Source of the DNA: Balanoglossus misakiensis
Taxonomy: Eukaryota; Animalia; Hemichordata
Direction: 5' to 3'
DNA: 64,000 nucleotides
NCBI GenBank assembly: GCA_040954595.2
Contig: CM082592.2
Location: forward strand, 5,674,209-5,738,208
Below are positions 1 to 13,844 of the stretch, piece after piece (positions within the stretch are counted from its first letter, which is position 1; the number at the start of each line of letters is the position of its first letter). Below the pieces are notes generated by a model that saw only the letters and a program-made list of their open reading frames with translations, was not told the DNA's origin and ran no database searches. The translations under genes were made by a program, and so were the position numbers.

Positions 1-3000
1 CGAGCGGAACTTGTTCAGTAATATTAACTGTATAGATATTTTGATAGTATTTTCTGTGATGTGTATGCGTCAAAACAATTATTTAGGAAATGGACGGTCT
101 GTAATATGCACGTGATGGTCATTTCATTTCCCTAGTCCAACTCATACACCATACACAGCATGAATGAAAACATGAATAGGCAATCAAAATACACAACAAT
201 ATATGTTACTCTTTGAAATTTGATGCTAGCAGTGAATCATGCTGAATGTATCGCTGTTATGATCGACACGCTGGCTCTTACATTATTAGGAATATGTAAT
301 TCTGCGTCAGGAATGCAGTTTTCGTAGTAAAAGTTGGATATTACTATGGGCAAATATTGGAACATGTGTTGATATGTTTGCTGAGCACACATACAATAAC
401 TGTTTAATGGTAGCCTTCAATACAATGCCTAAAGTGCACATTTCAAGGTGTGTTGGAATGTTCACAGTGGTCGACAACAACATTACAGTGCAGTTAAGAA
501 GTTTCCTTTGCCTCTAAGATACATAGATCGGTTGTTTTAATTCTTTTATTGGAAAATTGGTATCTTAGCACCATGGACATGTTCTTCTGTTTTGTGCTCT
601 TTGCTTTAGAATTACTGGTTACAGTTATGGTAAAGTGACATGCCTTTGTATCAAAATGGGATTTTAGAGTCACTGTTGGGTTTCTTTAATGTTTAATCTC
701 TTCAAAAGAAGCATGCACGCTGTTGTCAGTTGGTAATTGTTTCAACATGCCAGTTGCTTTTGAAAAGAATAGCCTCTCGGCCTCAGGTTGATTGGGGTAA
801 CAATTAACAAGACCATTTTACAAGAACTTGCAGTACATGGCCAATTAGAAGCGCTGGACACCTAACACTGACTGTGTACATGTATTATTCAGGAGTGAAG
901 CTTCAGTCCCAAATAAGCAGCATAAGTGTTTGTAAACACGACCTGTGTAAAAGCTGGTTAGACTACATTGTACATTCAGGGATTTTTTTTCACTTTCGTG
1001 TTTTGTGAATGTTTGAAGCCAGTAATAGCACCATTCCAACTGACCTGGCCCAAGTCCACAATTATATGTGTGAACAGGGGTTGTGTTACACTATGGCGTT
1101 TCACACGTATTTCTTTCTCCAACAAAAATACAGACATTCTTGTTACAATGTATAATTTATTATTTTGACATTCTTATGTCTGTTGGCACTTGGAATTTCA
1201 TTGTGCGAGTTTTACCTTGTGTGATTGTTTGTCTATCAATATATCATCTAAACATACTTATTAGTCATTTTTGCATACGTTGCACTGATTTATGGAAATG
1301 TCATTGTTGAGAGCTATTATTCTTCAGCACCATGGAAGTATACAAAATAGGCTTGTCTCTAATGTATTGTTGTATGGTTCCTACACTCGCAAGAGGCCGA
1401 AATGGAACAGTGAGTGTTCATGTCCATGCATATGATTTACGGTGTTGTGTCTTTGCAGTAATACAGAGGTCACTGGGCTGTGAACAACCTGCACCCATTA
1501 TACTTGTGTTATCGCTATCGAGGAGTTGATAGTGCATGATATATGCCTGTTGATTTGTTGAGTGTTGCAGGTCAAACAATCGTTGATACCCCAGCCATAA
1601 GAGGGCAATGGTCATATTGAGCAAATCCAGGTTTCATCTTTTTATTTCATACAGAAATTAAGTTCAGTTTTATGTGTGGAGGGAACAAAGGTTCGTTTGT
1701 GTCCAAGGCTGCTGACTGCATTCCCTATCACTAATCCAGAGTGTTTAAAATTCAGAGCTGACCTAGTTCAGGCAGATGAACCCCCGATACAGGTAGGCTA
1801 ATATTATTTTAATAATGAAGATGTGTTGTTGCAACCAGCACTGTTTTCTTGATCAAATGCTGCAAAGCATAAACATCACATGGAATGCTTGTAAAAGTTG
1901 TTGATGTCATGTGAAATCAACACACAGTGCGACTAACTTGCCCTGTTTGTCAGGGCACCCAGCTTACTAAGTGGACGGTCCATTCTATAGCTGTCCCAAA
2001 TAGACAATGAGGCTTACTAATAGACTTGGAAGACGGGTCATCTGAGTTCACCATTGGAGGGCTTTCAAGAGGATAAAGAGTGATTTTCAGTCATTACTGC
2101 TTTCAAAGGGTTGCCTTTGTCGAGAAAAAGGACGTGGTATTATATTTAGGGAGCTTATACTTACCCAACCCCTCTGTACAGCACTATAGAAATGGGGGGA
2201 TATGTTTTGAAAGGTTGAATGGGCACGTGTGCATTTGTGTGATCCACTAATGGAACAATTTAAATTTTGGTACAGCTTACTCTAAGGATGCCATTTTCTT
2301 TACACGCAGAGTTTAAGATCGGTTTCTCGTCATGGTATATTCAGTTCTGCTACAATACTGCACAATTACGCTACAGTAATGTAAGGTATATGTAGGACTA
2401 CAACCCAGAACACTTCTTGTGTCAAACATGGCCGCAATTGTGCTGCAATGACATAAGTAGTATGTGTACTAGTAGTGCAAGATGCTTTAATTGTGTTAGT
2501 GGCCGAATTTAGAACTTGCGTGGTATAATAGAACCAATGCACTTTTGTCCAGTGAAGAGCTGTTGACGCATCACAATGGCTCTGAAAGTTTTGGCCATGG
2601 GCCACTGACCTGTAATGGTTATCCCTGCCACCCCAGGCCGTGGGGGGATTTTGTTTATGTAATGATCCCGAGAGGTGCGTTATTATGTTGGGTTTCAGTT
2701 ACGTTCAGGTGAAGTGAAGGAAAACAATGCACGGTGTGATAATTGAGCCTGCAAGTCTTATCATGCAGAAGAATGGCAGTTACAGTTGACAGTGTCACAA
2801 TCTAGGTATGCCGGTTATATTGTCTCAAGGCCAGGCTCTGCTGCAGCTGGTACATGTACCTGAATTTTGTAATTCCTCATGTCTGTTCACCATATGTGCC
2901 CCAGGAAAACATACATGGCAGGCTACTGTCGTTCTCAAGGGTATTTTTGTCAATTATTGAGAAAGAAATGTACACAGTGTTTACGGTTGCTATTGGTAAG

Positions 3001-5482
3001 TTTTGATGAGTATTTTCTCTCCTGTAGTAGTGTGTATAATCTGACAAATACAACTGTAGCTGTCTTCGGCATGATTTTGTTTCTTGTATAATGGATAGAG
3101 AAAGTTATATTTTGACACAGCCTGGTGTTCCTCTGATTGACCTTGAGAATATTCCTGTCCCTCTCCTACTCATCTTTCCATCGTTTATAGCCTCTTGATA
3201 TGGCCACCATTCTAATTTATTATTACAGTAAGGCCATAAGTTCTCATACAGAATGTCCTGGTATTTGTTATAGTCCTGGAATCTGTGTCAAATGTGTGAA
3301 ATCTAAAGAGGACAGTTACGTTGAATATTGTATGGGTTTATTTTATTTTCTAGTTCAACACACCTAAAATACTAAAAGTATTTCAACTGGAATTTACAAA
3401 ATTTTTGTTTAGATTAAGTAAATGTAAAAAAAGGAATGATAAAAAGTTTCAGATTTCCTGATACAGGAAATGTGCCTGCAGGGTTATTGGTCAGGCATGG
3501 GTCAGGTCAGACAGAATATTCATATTTTTACAAACTACCCAGGGAAGCTGACTTGCCTGGTCAGTCAAAAGATTTGTTCAGAATCATGCTGTGAATATTC
3601 AACTCTGGCAAACTCCAACTCCCAAGGAATTTGATATCTGTATGCAGATCATGTACAACCACATTGTAATTTTGTAAATATTAGTGTAAACTGAACATTC
3701 TGTATGTTTGGATTGAACACTATATAGCACCCGTTCAGACCAAACTTGAAAGTTAGAAGTGTTAAAAGAGTTACGCTTCGATGTATTCACGAGAGATGCG
3801 TTTTTGATATTATACACAAATGCGGTCACAAAGTCAGAATTGTTTGTAATCTAAGGAGGGAGTGTCTCTCTCCACTTTAATACATGGAATAAGAATCAAA
3901 CTGTGGCAGTGCATGAGAAAATTTAAGTCTTCAAAAAACTTCAACTTTCAAAATGAATTATTCATCTAGAATATATATGGTGGGGCTTTCATTTGTGGTG
4001 AATAGGGCTCAAATCTTTTCAACACACATTTCCCCATATATGGGATCAACCTGTATTGTGATCTTACCTTGACCAAGAAGACCACCTACCCAGCTTTTAA
4101 CTGCATTTTTCTCCTTGTGACAAACATTAGTATTGTGATAGTCCAGAAATAGGCTTGTGATTCATGTGGTTCAGTTTTCAGCCCAGTTCATATTACATAT
4201 GGCAAGTCATTGTGATTTATATGTACAAGTACCTTTGCTCACTCACTCACTGCAACAATCCAAACTCTGACATATCACAAGTCATCGTGCCTGAACCAGA
4301 TTGTCAGTCTACTCTTCATTTCAAATTCCGTTATAGTTGTGTCTGCATTTAGTAATTGTCTGCTGTGGGGCCAATTGTCATGCAGACCATGTAATCGCTG
4401 AGCAATGTGCTCTCAGTTAGAACTGTATAAAGACTGTCTGGTTAGTCATCATAGCCTACATGTCTGTGAGCTATGAAATTCAGTTTAGACCTCATGCTGT
4501 TTGATCAATGTCCCTTCATTCATTTCTCTTAGTTATGATTTTGCATTTTTCCTCGTAAAGTGCTGCTGGTTCAGACACTTTAACTCATAACTCTTTGCTT
4601 GTGGGGAAACAGTAATTTATACATATACTCAAAAATGAATTATCTGTGAAAACTCAAAAACACAACAATTGCAAAATTGGCAGTAATGGTAATTTAAGTC
4701 AATCGCTGCATGTTTATTTTGATATTTATAGACTGGTTTCAACTTGACCACTCGTCTCGTATTTCAATTAATACTGAAATTGTTATTATGCAGTTGACGA
4801 GCTGATCAAGAAAATATGAACTAAACTAATCTTGACCTTTTTCTTCCTCTGTTGTGTAGGTTGGCCATCACTTCCTGCTGAGATAGACCGTGGGCGTATC
4901 CTATTATATAAATCATATGAACACACTGGAAATACATAACTGTGATCGGCTAGGATTGGTTTGAAGCAGTCAAGAACCGGGGAACATATTACAGTGCGTA
5001 AATGACGTTTCCTGCAGAGCAGTGAGGGAGACGCCTGGTTAGCCTGGAAATTGTGTGGATAACATTGATAAGCTACCCAAGGAATACTGAGAAAGTCTTT
5101 CTGTTTTTATGTTTTTATTTTTCCAGTATTGTTTCCCCACACAGCTACTTAATTTGAGAAATATCAACAACTGTGTAAGCAGCCAGAGGAACTGACCAAG
5201 GGACACATCTTAGGTACCGATGGTGCAACGAAATTAGTATCCAGATCTTCCTGTTGGAAGTGTACTTGTTATTCAGTAAACGTCGATGGGACTCTCTCAC
5301 ACTCGGACATGTGTACCAACCACCTCCTATCACATGCCCTCAGTAGGTACGACTGACTAATTTATGTGCAACACAGAGACAGCGATATCCGAAGCAGAAA
5401 GAAGACTTTAACACAAGGAAATATACCATCTGTATAAAAAAACAAAAAACAGTATTGTTAACTCAAGGGATAGATCAGAAGC

Positions 5483-8400
5483 ATGAGTGGAACGGCTGGG
5501 AAACCCTCCGGTCTCCGACCACCTTCCAAGATTGCCAGGCCCTCAGCTGCCAGTGGGCTTCCGAAACCTGTTACTCAGACGGCGAAGTCAGAAGGTAGGG
5601 TTTTATATTCTCATGAAAGATGACCTCAAACCGGTTAAAAAATCCATTCTTAGCAAATTACAATTCAACCAGTATTTAGCATATATCTGAGGCGGAGTAA
5701 ATTGACCCTGGTTTTCTATTGTGACATCTGATGCCGTAAGATTGGATGATCGCACTGCTGTAGTTATTCGCTTCTTTGTGTCAAGGCGAAAATTGCATGC
5801 ATTGATTTCTGTATCAGCTACCAAAACAAAACCTTGCTAATTTTGCCGTTTTGGTATTGCTGCGCTGATGTATAAAATGAATTTAAAGTTTTGCTGATTG
5901 CATGCAACTACTGTACTCGAGAATAATGTGCAAATCTTCAGATTATTTTTCACAGGGCAAAAATATGCATATGTTAATCATTTTAGCTAGATTTAATTTT
6001 CCTATTTCATGTTGTTACGTGAATCATTCATAAACCTGCCGTCCATGTGCAAGTCACTTTTGTTTTGATTTCCTAAGTTTTGTTTTATTTTATTGTTATT
6101 CATTTGCATTTATTGTGGTGAGCTTGCGTGGTATTAAGGTACAACTAGACCAGAATTCAGACTCTCAGTTTACCATGTTCATCGTGAAGAATCTGTCCCG
6201 TTAGATGCATATTTGTTCTTGAAGAATATTTCACCATGATTATTTAGTGTGAGCAGAAAATACAGTGGCTTAGATGGACCTATGTACATGGAAGTATGGG
6301 ATGACGGGAATTGTAGAATAGCCGTGAAACATCTTACTGGACAGATTATTACTGGACATGGTGAACTGGTATCTGGGTTCTTGGCTAGATATGCAAAAAT
6401 TGGGCAAAATGCACACCTTAATTCTCTGCACCTGAAAAGAAAACATATTAATGGATCACCTCAAAGAGAGTACTCAGTATTTATTTTTTTATTCATGATT
6501 TGGTCATTTTAGAAAATTTTAAATAAAATGATACCAAAACAGTTGGAAAGTTTACAACAAATCTGATATTTGAAGACAGTTATCTATAGGTCATGTATGA
6601 ATGAAACGTTCTTTGAGCTGATCCATAGTAAACAAAGAGTTGACCTTCATTATACATGTGTATGTACTCATGGAAACAATTTTACACTTGTCTTCAAATT
6701 TGAAATTCATCATTTCATAGTGTTAAAAAATATTTGAGGAGGGTGTGGGATTAAATTTTATGGTGTTGCATCGGTTTGAAATTATAATTGGATTCCGAGA
6801 TGCCATGTAGTACAATGTACATAATGACAGTCCATTCTTATTTCATTAAATGGTACCACAGAGGTGTGAATTCATAAATAAATGTGCAGCAGCTCATACA
6901 TCAGTAGCTTAGAGGGTATTACCGGACTCCACGAGTGCTTGTAAATGAATCATCCAATCCCAGTCCATCCCAGACCCCCATTTGCTTTAAATAGAAAATT
7001 CATTGATCTTTCATCATTGCCTCTGTCTTTCTCTCTCTCCCACTTTATCTCTCTCGTCTCTCGGTTGTTCTCCCTTCGCTTTGTACCCTGTACAGTTGTG
7101 GGGCTTTTGAATGCGACACGCACAGAAGGTAGGAATGCCAGGTGGTCATATCATTTGCATGTGTGTACAGTGTACATCTGTGCATCGTAGCGTCTCATCC
7201 ATGTTAAAAAGCCAATCTGCATCAGTCTTGCTCTGTCATCGTACAGTAATGTTCCCTCATGTCGTAAAATTTTCGTGACTAATTCTTGATGTAACTATCT
7301 GCCTTTTTTCATGGTCTTTTTTGTATTCATCTTGAACTAGAAGCCATACATGTAACTCCTTCAGGTATTGTAACCCCCCTGTTGTCATCAAAAATCTTCT
7401 TTTGATGTAACTTTGTCTTGATTTCATGTTTTGTGAATATTAAGTTTAATTAATTGAGTGAGGCCCCCTCTCACTGTCTACCTTCAATGTATTTTTATTG
7501 ATCAATTGTAAAGCGACAATTCAGTTGGAGATCAAACCTAGAAATCACAACCAAGTATGAATAATCTATTCTATTGTACAAAAAAATGTGTTGAAAACTT
7601 TCATTTGCATGTACATGGGATACTTTGAAATATTTGACTATTTTGGGAAATTACATGCACACCCAAATATTTGACATTGTTATCTGGTGAAGACATGAGC
7701 ATTTCACGAGAGTGTGTGGAAAGTTGATATGACAAAAATACAGAACAGAGACAGTGAGAACTTGTGCAAATCACAAAAATAAATGTCATTGTATTCAATC
7801 TTGTCACTGATTTTCCATGTAGCTTTAGGCTAACTTCTCATTAACAGCTAAATTGTCTACTTGTTTGTGCACTGTGTAATCTTTGACAAACTGTGCAGGC
7901 AGGAAAGTCGACAGTTGCCTGTCCTGTGTTTGGTGATGAATGTTTCAGTTCATGAGTTGAGAAACAGGGATGTATGTACGAAAGGGCTTGAAATTAACTA
8001 TGTACAGTCTCGCATAAAAAAATGTGTGTACATGTACCTGAATGCGTAATGAAATTTATTTTGGAAAAGTTGGGAGGGGTGCAGGTGTCAGTAAAATTGT
8101 TGTTTCACCATATACCAGTGGACTATAATTTCCAGCCCTTGTCGTCAACAACGAACATGTGTAAATGAAACATTTGTTCATATTCTCGACAGTCATATCA
8201 ATACCTGTCCATGAAACCTTTCAGTTCAAAGTGATGGTGGTGATGTTTGTAAACAGCAGCAAATTGTATACAAATACTTGCCCCATCCCCTTTGTATAAA
8301 TCTCTTCATTTTCCGTTCTTTTCATCGAGTCAAAGTAGTACCATTTCATTATAAACGTCAGCTCTTAATACAAACTTGAAGTAAAACCTTATTGATTTTG

Positions 8401-11400
8401 CACGTACATGTACTGTCAGATTCACACAAAGCAATCATTCTATGTGATTTCCATGCTCAGAGTCTGACCAAAAGTTCAGCTTTGTTGTGAATGTCGATAG
8501 TTCTGTGTCCGGGAGTGAAGCAGGTAGCTACGATCTCTCCTGGCTTCCTTCTCGTAGTAAACTCGAAGGTTAGTGGGAGCTGCTGGAAAGTGTTGCCGTG
8601 GTGACGACACCACGGCAACGTGTCTTCTTCACGTTGTGTTGTGTGGATAGCACATCCACTGTGGCCTACATGTATGCCGGTCGTTGTTGCATCTAAAATT
8701 TTCCCTTCTTCACACCATTTCTAATGTGAAGATCAAACCAAAAATCTTGGTACACTTTTGGCTATTTCGATGCGCAAGCTGGACTTCCAATTTCCATTTT
8801 AGAAGACCCCGACATTTTTGTATAGGCTACACTCCATGCTGCTTTGATCGGACAACTCCCCCACCAAACATCACCACCATTACCCTCTAAACCCTGTCCA
8901 GTGTGGTAGATAGAATTATTAAATCAACTGTCAAACCACTGATGTAGTGTTTAGTTGTAGTATTACATGATATCGACAGTAGAGACTGAATCCAGACTCT
9001 GTTCAGTGACTGAGTGTTCTTTGCCTTTCTTGGAGAGGAAAAAAATGTTTCAAGGGATTGGTTAAAGCTGGTAATGGCACACACATTATCTGTGATGACA
9101 TCACACTTTGCAGACATGTGACAGTGTGTAACGTTTCATACATTTTGAGAAACTTCATCTAAGCCTTTTTGGCAGCTTTATTAATGTATGTACATGTAAG
9201 TTGTGTATGTCATACATTTACATAATGTATTGGATCAATATTTCTCATAGATATTGTGTAAGATGTCATCAAACATACACTGAACAGTGTTTTGATTCTG
9301 GATCATAACCACGCTTTTACGGAGCTTTAAAAAATCAACATCATGACTAGTATAAGCTTTATACATTTAACATATCGGTGATGGGTTAAGGTCTTACACC
9401 CAGCATTTTCATAAACATAAACACTAATGTTGAGAATGGAACCTGTCTAGACCAGAACTTCCCGTTTGTGATGCTTTAGTGCAAATCTAGAATACATGTG
9501 CATGTCATTGCAAGAAAAAAGTACTTTCCCATATTGAACTAATAGTGATAGCTCTGGACTAACAAGTGAAGCTGTGCTCAGGCAGAATTTAATTAGACAA
9601 ACTCAATTTGATTATTTCGTATTTTTACTGATGAACAAAACGTCAATAAAGGGTATTAACTGTTACACAACATTTTTAAATGTGTGTAAGACAGCAATTA
9701 AAACATACACCAGTTCTTTACTGGGTATATTATTACTACATGTTAGTTGTAATATTAGAGTGAAATTTGCCACGAAATATGAAAGAGCCCCATCAGATAC
9801 ATGATAAAAATATGAGTAAATTTGTAAAGGATTTTGTGAAAATGACATTTTTTATTGATTTTGATTTTGCCATTTGGAGTTCAATTTCCATTAACGCATA
9901 ACAATACTAATACTGTTATGTAATATAGTTAAAGTGTAGCATGTTTTTGTGTATGGATGAACGACATTACAAAATGTAGAATGTCATACACATAATTTAG
10001 GAAGCATGATTGAACAAACCCTTTCTCTGCTAACTGCTAGAAATGGCAATAATAAAGAAGAAGAAACTTGAGTAAGAAAATGGGCCACTGTCCCTTTTAT
10101 GAACTATGTTTGGGAATGCATGCACTTTTAACGAAGATAATCTAAATTACGATTAAATTGCAAATAGGAAGTTCGTGACACATTTGTCACTCCCACCATT
10201 TGCTGTTAATTGTGCCTTTCCCACACAGCACTTCACTTCAGTTGTAGTTTATGTTTGCAGTGAAAATACTAACACAATATATACTAACAACGGATAAATA
10301 TCATTGGTTGCGAGTCTGGTGACTTACAACCTGTCGACATTTTTTTTGTTTTTTTTTTATTCTTTTTATACCATTGTAGATGCTATCGCTCATTCTGCTA
10401 GGGCTGCCGGTATGAAGTCAGTTGAGGCATCTCAATACGCTCGCCAGCTTGCAAAAAGCATGATGGCCCCAGGGGCGGAGACCGCGGGCAACAGCGGCGA
10501 AATAACTGATGACTTTATGATAGGCGACAGGGTGGTTGTCGGCGGCAACAAGCCGGGAATTATTCAGTACTTGGGCGAGACGCAGTTCGCTCACGGACAG
10601 TGGGCCGGCGTGGTCCTGGATGACTTTGTGGGCAAAAACGACGGCTCGGTGGCCGGCGTCAGGTACTTCCAGTGCGAGCCCAAGAGGGGAGTGTTTGCCA
10701 AGGTTTCCAAGCTGGTTAGGGAGCCTTCCTCGGGCGCCGCCACGCCTACGGGTATGGCCAAGCCGAGTGGTGCCCCCAGCACGCCTCGCATGGGCACCAG
10801 GGTGGGATCCAAGTTACCGTCTAGTGGAGGAAAGAGTGGAGCTGGCGAAGGACCTGATAACATGGGACTTAAGGTATGTTACATCAGTGGCCTTTTGTAT
10901 ATGCGTATCATCTTGGACACTTGTCTTACATACTTACATATACCCATTGAACTTAATTATTTTGCTACTAACTTTTCAAGTGCGTTTGTTCTTCAGAGTT
11001 GTTGGTGAAATGAGGTTTTTTATGTTGGCTGGGGCAATATGCACCTGTACACTTGTACTTGTACTAACCTTATCCTTTGTGGCTCATTTCTGTGTGTGAA
11101 CACAGGTAGGAGACAAAGTTCTTGTGAGTGGCTCCAAGCTGGGCGCGCTGAGATACATCGGCACTACCGAGTTTGCCAAGGGCGAATGGTGTGGCGTGGA
11201 GTTGACGGAAGAGCTCGGCAAAAACGACGGTGCAGTGGCTGGTACAAGGTGAGGAGGTTCCCATCACAGATGTGGGTGGCACACAGTCTACGTACAGATA
11301 CCTGTACAACTTGTCTGTTCTGTCATAAGTAACACACATACATGTATATATAAAAGTGACATAACAGTTATTTCTCAAAAAGTGTACCCATTAGTGGCCA

Positions 11401-13813
11401 AAGCACCACTTGACTGGCAGACCCAACTTTTCAGATTCACGTTCAAACTCACCGTTTGATTGATGACAGGTATTTCACGTGTAAGCCAAGATATGGCCTG
11501 TTTGCACCCATCCACAAAGTGACAAGAGCCAAGGGCAAAGTGTCCAGGGCGGCCGCGGAGCAAGTGAGCAAAGACAAGCGCAGCGACAGCACAAGCTCTG
11601 TCAGCTCGGCAAGTTCGATGTCCAGTCTTTCCAGGAGCGCCGGGCAGAGTTCCATGGAGCTCATGTCACCAAGGAGTCTTGAGGCCAAGAGGCAGTCGCA
11701 GGTAAGTGGTCAGATCTCTCCCTACCCTCCTCCCCTCCAAAAAAAATTCCATTGTGATGTTCAGAAGTTGTGTGTGTTTGTTGTAAGTAGATTTCATTTC
11801 AGATGAACATTTTTCGTATATGTACACAACACTGTAATAATCACTTGAAACAAAAGCTAGAAATTCACTGTTCTGTAATAATCATAATTGAAAACGTCAC
11901 AGATAGAAATTCACTGTATTCTGTAAAAGTCACAATTGAAAAATTTCACAAGTAGAAATTCACACATTCTGAAATAATCATAGTTGATTAAATAAAGAAA
12001 ACTTTCACAGGTAAATTTTCACCATGTTCTGTGTTTCACTCGTCATTCAAATTGCAAAGATTTGGGTCTACCTGAAAATTTGACTGCTTTGGTTTTGCCG
12101 TCTGCCTCTCTCTCGTCGCTACTGCGCAAATGCTGCTACCATGTTCCTCACTGTCTTCCAAACATTTTTTTCTTCATAAATGCATTTACCAATGTGTTTT
12201 GTACAATTTGTAATTCTTGCCTCTGTCTTTTTCCATTACTTTTGCCGAACACGTGATAATTTTCTTCCATTCTCTCGTTCTGTGTTTCCTTTTGTTTTTC
12301 TTGCATGGTTTTCTTGCTGGTTCTTCTGCTTTCCGGGGACCCTCCCTCTGGAAACGCTGACCAACAACAGCATCACCACCACCATGATCGACTGCAGCAA
12401 CAGTCGCAACATGCAGCCGAGATAGACTCAGACATTGAGCAAAACGACAGAGACAAACCTTCAGCCCAAACTGCTGAGGTACGATTTGTCAAGAAAGAAA
12501 GTAAAAATGAGAAGTAGAAATGAGAAGTAGCATTATTTTAATAAATAACATCTAATCATGCAAAAATACAGGTTATGTTTTAGAATTAGGCATGAGAAGT
12601 GTGCTGGCACAGTAACGGTGTGGCAACTGCTCTTAAAAATATCTGAAAATTTAACAAGAAGTTTCAGTTTCATAACATTGCATTAGTCACTGTGTGTGCA
12701 TCATATTAATGTAAAAGTGAAGTACCGGTAGCTTTAATTTGCATATTTGTAAGAGTTTCATTTGAAATTCACTGAGGTTTAGGTATAGCAATAGCTCAGC
12801 TTTTTCTGCCAAACCTAATAGTATTAAGCTCGCTAATCTTGTTAATCTTTGTCGTCTCATGTTTGCATCTGAGTATTAACTGCCCTGAACTTAATTACTG
12901 TACAGGTTACCTTCAATAGAAACAACAATACTGTTAATTGAACATTTAATGTTTTGGCAGCGCTAATAATAGAAACAATTCAAGCAATCACATGTTGCCA
13001 AGTCTGATGTTACGTAACCCAAATGCACTTTATTGATGTGGCTTTTTTAGATGAAACTATGATTGAAATTGTACAGAATGCATTTGGCTTTTTACCCTAA
13101 CCATCTTTCTTGGATTAAAAAACACACATTGAAATTCTGCTGTAAAAAATTTAATTCAAAACTGGGGAAGTATAAAATGTTTAAAACTATCATCTAAATT
13201 ATCAGTAGCAAATAGTCATCTACATTAATTACAATACAAATGACTGATGAATGATTGTTAAATTTGATAATTTCAACACAGCTGTTGTTTCTCTGTATGA
13301 CTGATATAATACATGTACTCCCATGAACAGTCCAGAGTGATAGGTGTTGTGCTAATTGTGAGCTGCTTCCAAATTCTTTGTAGATGCTACATGTAACCTG
13401 TCAGCTAATTCTAACTTGGTGATAAGTGCAATAACATCAACAGATTAATCTCGACACAAGAAGCCTATCTCAACTGAAAGGCATGACAAAAGAATGCAAA
13501 TGCATGTGTATTAATAATACAGAAGTTTTTCTCGCATGTTGGTCAGACCCTTTCTCTATCTCTGCATGTCTCTGCATCATTGCTGATCGCAATTGCCTTT
13601 CTACCGCAAAGGTTAAGCAAACTTTTGCTAACTGGAGAATTGTTTACTTCTGGGCCCATGACCAGTAGTAGAGACTTACAAATACTTCAAAATAGATCCA
13701 AAAGGTGCTGCATATTACAGAAAATCTGCCAGAACATGTTTCCCAATAAGACATGAATGTATATACACACACACACAAACATGTGTGCATGTGCATGCAC
13801 TCGCACACATACG

Positions 13814-13844
<31 letters not shown>

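Noticed and set aside
845-5333. Short ORFs upstream of the CLIP1 start
   Set aside because: No recognisable motifs or coding bias. Probably 5' UTR introns or non-coding exons; splice-like sites near 1653-1792 and 4860 are unverified.
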